Shown here piece after piece: positions 61,801 to 64,000 of a stretch of 64,000 nt of DNA. A model generated the notes under the pieces. That model did not search any database. It was not told where the DNA came from and worked only from the letters and a program-made list of their open reading frames with translations. The stretch comes from Eledone cirrhosa (Eukaryota): the NCBI GenBank assembly GCA_964016885.1, contig OZ024744.1, forward strand, positions 12,648,001-12,712,000. The letters run 5' to 3'. Position 1 is the stretch's first letter; every line of letters starts with the position of its first letter. Position numbers and translations under genes: made by a program.

Positions 61801-64000
61801 GTAAAGTAGTCATGTAGGTGTTACAACAAAAAGTACCCAGTCCACACTGTAAAGTGGTCATGTAGGTGTCACAACAGAAAGTACCCCTCCACACTGTAAC
61901 GTGGTTGTGTAGGTCTCACAACAAAAAGTACCCAGTACACACTGTAAAGTAGTCCTGTAGGAGTCACAACAGAAAGTACCCAGTCCACACTGTAAAGTGG
62001 TCATGTAGGTGTTACAACAAAAAGTACCCAGTAAACACTGTAAAGTGGTCATATAGGTATCACAACAAAAAGTACCCAGTCCACACTGTAAAGTGGTTAT
62101 GTAGGTGTCACAACAAAAAGTACCCAGTACACACTGTAAAGTAGTCATGTAGGTGTCATGACAAAAAGTACCCAGTACACACTGTAACGTGGTTATGTAG
62201 ATGTCACAACAAAAAGTACCCAGTACACACTGTAAAGTGGTTGTGTAGGTATCACAACAGAAAGTACCCAGTACACACTGTAAAGTAGTCCTGTAGGTGT
62301 CACAACAGAAAGTCCCCAGTACACACTGTAACGTGGTCATGTAGGTGTCACAACAGAAAGTACCCAGTACACACTGTAACGTGGTTGTGTAGGGATCACA
62401 ACAAAAAGTACCCAGTACACACTGTAAAGTGGTCATGTAGGTGTCATGACAAAAAGTACCCAGTACACACTGTAAAGTGGTCATATAGGTGTCATAAAAA
62501 AAAAGTACCCAGTACACACTGTAAAGTAGTCCTGTAGGTGTCACAACAGAAAGTACCCAGTACACACTGTAACGTGGTTGTGTAGGTATCACTACAAAAA
62601 GTACCCAGTACACACTGTAACGTGGTTATGTAGGTGTCACAACAAAAAGAACCCAGTCCACACTGAAAGTGGTCATATAGGTATCACAACAAAAAGTACC
62701 CAGTACACACTGTAACGTGGTCATGTAGGTGCCACAACAAAAAGTACCCAGTCCACACTGTAAAGTAGAAATGTAGGGGTTACAACAAAAACTACCCAGT
62801 CCACACTGTAAAGTGGTCATGTAGGTGTCACAACAGAAAGTACCCATCCGCACTGTAACGTGGATGTCTAGGTCTCACAACAGAAAGTACCCAGTACACA
62901 CTGTAAAGTGGTCATGTAGGGCTCACAACAGAAAGTACCCAGTCCACACTGTAGCCTGGTCATATAGGTGTGACAACAGAAAGTACCCAGTACACACTGT
63001 AATGTGGTTATGTAGGTATCACAACAAAAAGTACCCAGTACACACTGTAAAGTGGTCATGTAGGTGTCATGGCAAAAAGTACCCACTACACACTGTAAAG
63101 TGGTCATGTAGGTGTCATGACAAAAAGTACCCAGTACACATTGTAAAGTAGTCCTGTAGGAGTCACAACAGAAAGTACCCAGTCCACACTGTAAAGTGGT
63201 CATGTAGGTGTCACAACAAAAAGTACCCAGTCCACACTGTAAAGTAGTCATGTAGGTGTTACAACAAAAAGTACCCAGTCCACACTGTAAAGTGGTCATG
63301 TAGGTGTCACAACAGAAAGTACCCCTCCACACTGTAACGTGGTTGTGTAGGTCTCACAACAAAAAGTACCCAGTACACACTGTAAAGTAGTCCTGTAGGA
63401 GTCACAACAGAAAGTACCCAGTCCACACTGTAAAGTGGTCATGTAGGTGTTACAACAAAAAGTACCCAGTACACACTGTAAAGTGGTCATATAGGTATCA
63501 CAACAAAAAGTACCCAGTCCACACTGTAAAGTGGTTATGTAGGTGTCACAACAAAAAGTACCCAGTACACACTGTAAAGTAGTCATGTAGGTGTCATGAC
63601 AAAAAGTACCCAGTACACACTGTAACGTGGTTATGTAGATGTCACAACAAAAAGTACCCAGTACACACTGTAAAGTGGTTGTGTAGATATCACAACAGAA
63701 AGTACCCAGTACACACTGTAAAGTAGTCCTGTAGGTGTCACAACAGAAAGTACCCAGTCCACACTGTAAAGTGGTTGTGTAGGTATCACAACAGAAAGTA
63801 CCCAGTACACACTGTAAAGTAGTCCTGTAGGTGTCACAACAGAAAGTCCCCAGTACACACTGTAACGTGGTCATGTAGGTGTCACAACAGAAAGTACCCA
63901 GTACACACTGTAACGTGGTTGTGTAGGTATCACAACAAAAAGTACCCAGTACACACTGTAAAGTGGTCATGTAGGTGTCATGACAAAAAGTACTCACTAC
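22881..64000 (+). repeat. 48-bp tandem satellite array, >41 kb, ~855 monomers, with higher-order repeats; continues past the window end
   Basis: Consensus ATGTAGGTGTCACAACAAAAAGTACCCAGTACACACTGTAAAGTGGTC, uninterrupted and in one orientation, with occasional 46-50-bp variants. Confidence 0.99.

Noticed and set aside
22884-63997. Dozens of Cys/Thr-rich ORFs (TFCCDTYMTTLQCVLG)n up to 571 aa, and (KKYPVHTVKWSCRCHN)n on the plus strand, resembling metallothionein or keratin-associated proteins
   Set aside because: 48 bp is 16 codons, so stop-free frames arise automatically. The frames are repeatedly broken by off-length monomers and TAG variants, variation follows CpG decay rather than codon position, and the unit derives from a non-coding UTR.
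22881-64000. CRISPR-like array next to reverse transcriptases
   Set aside because: There are no unique spacers, the monomers are contiguous, there are no cas genes, and the context is eukaryotic and intronic.

Overview
This is eukaryotic, AT-rich animal DNA. Its SINE/RTE/CR1 repeat content looks cephalopod (Octopus-like), which is an inference. The minus strand carries six internal coding exons of THOC5 (THO complex subunit 5/FMIP) at 20903-20790, 15728-15631, 7772-7697, 5822-5752, 5049-4935 and 790-658, all GT-AG and phase-compatible; the 5' and 3' exons lie outside the window. The introns are packed with retroelements. Four young RTE-clade LINE copies lie in the host-gene orientation: two with near-complete APE-RT ORFs, one 5'-truncated RT copy (these three ORFs carry a PHD-type finger inside the RT region) and one 3'-end-only fragment, and three of the four are stacked head-to-tail. 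There are also older RTE and CR1 remnants, SINEs, a hAT MITE and a ~300-bp fold-back hairpin. From ~22.9 kb to the window end (>41 kb, ~855 monomers) lies a 48-bp satellite with multi-kb higher-order repeats. The main observation is that this satellite is a runaway expansion of a 48-bp unit of the RTE 3'UTR. It begins exactly where that unit is expected in a decayed plus-strand RTE copy, matches the unit of a young copy at 40/48 nt, and lies antisense within what is probably a THOC5 intron. The many Cys-rich 'ORFs' in the array are artefacts of the 16-codon period.
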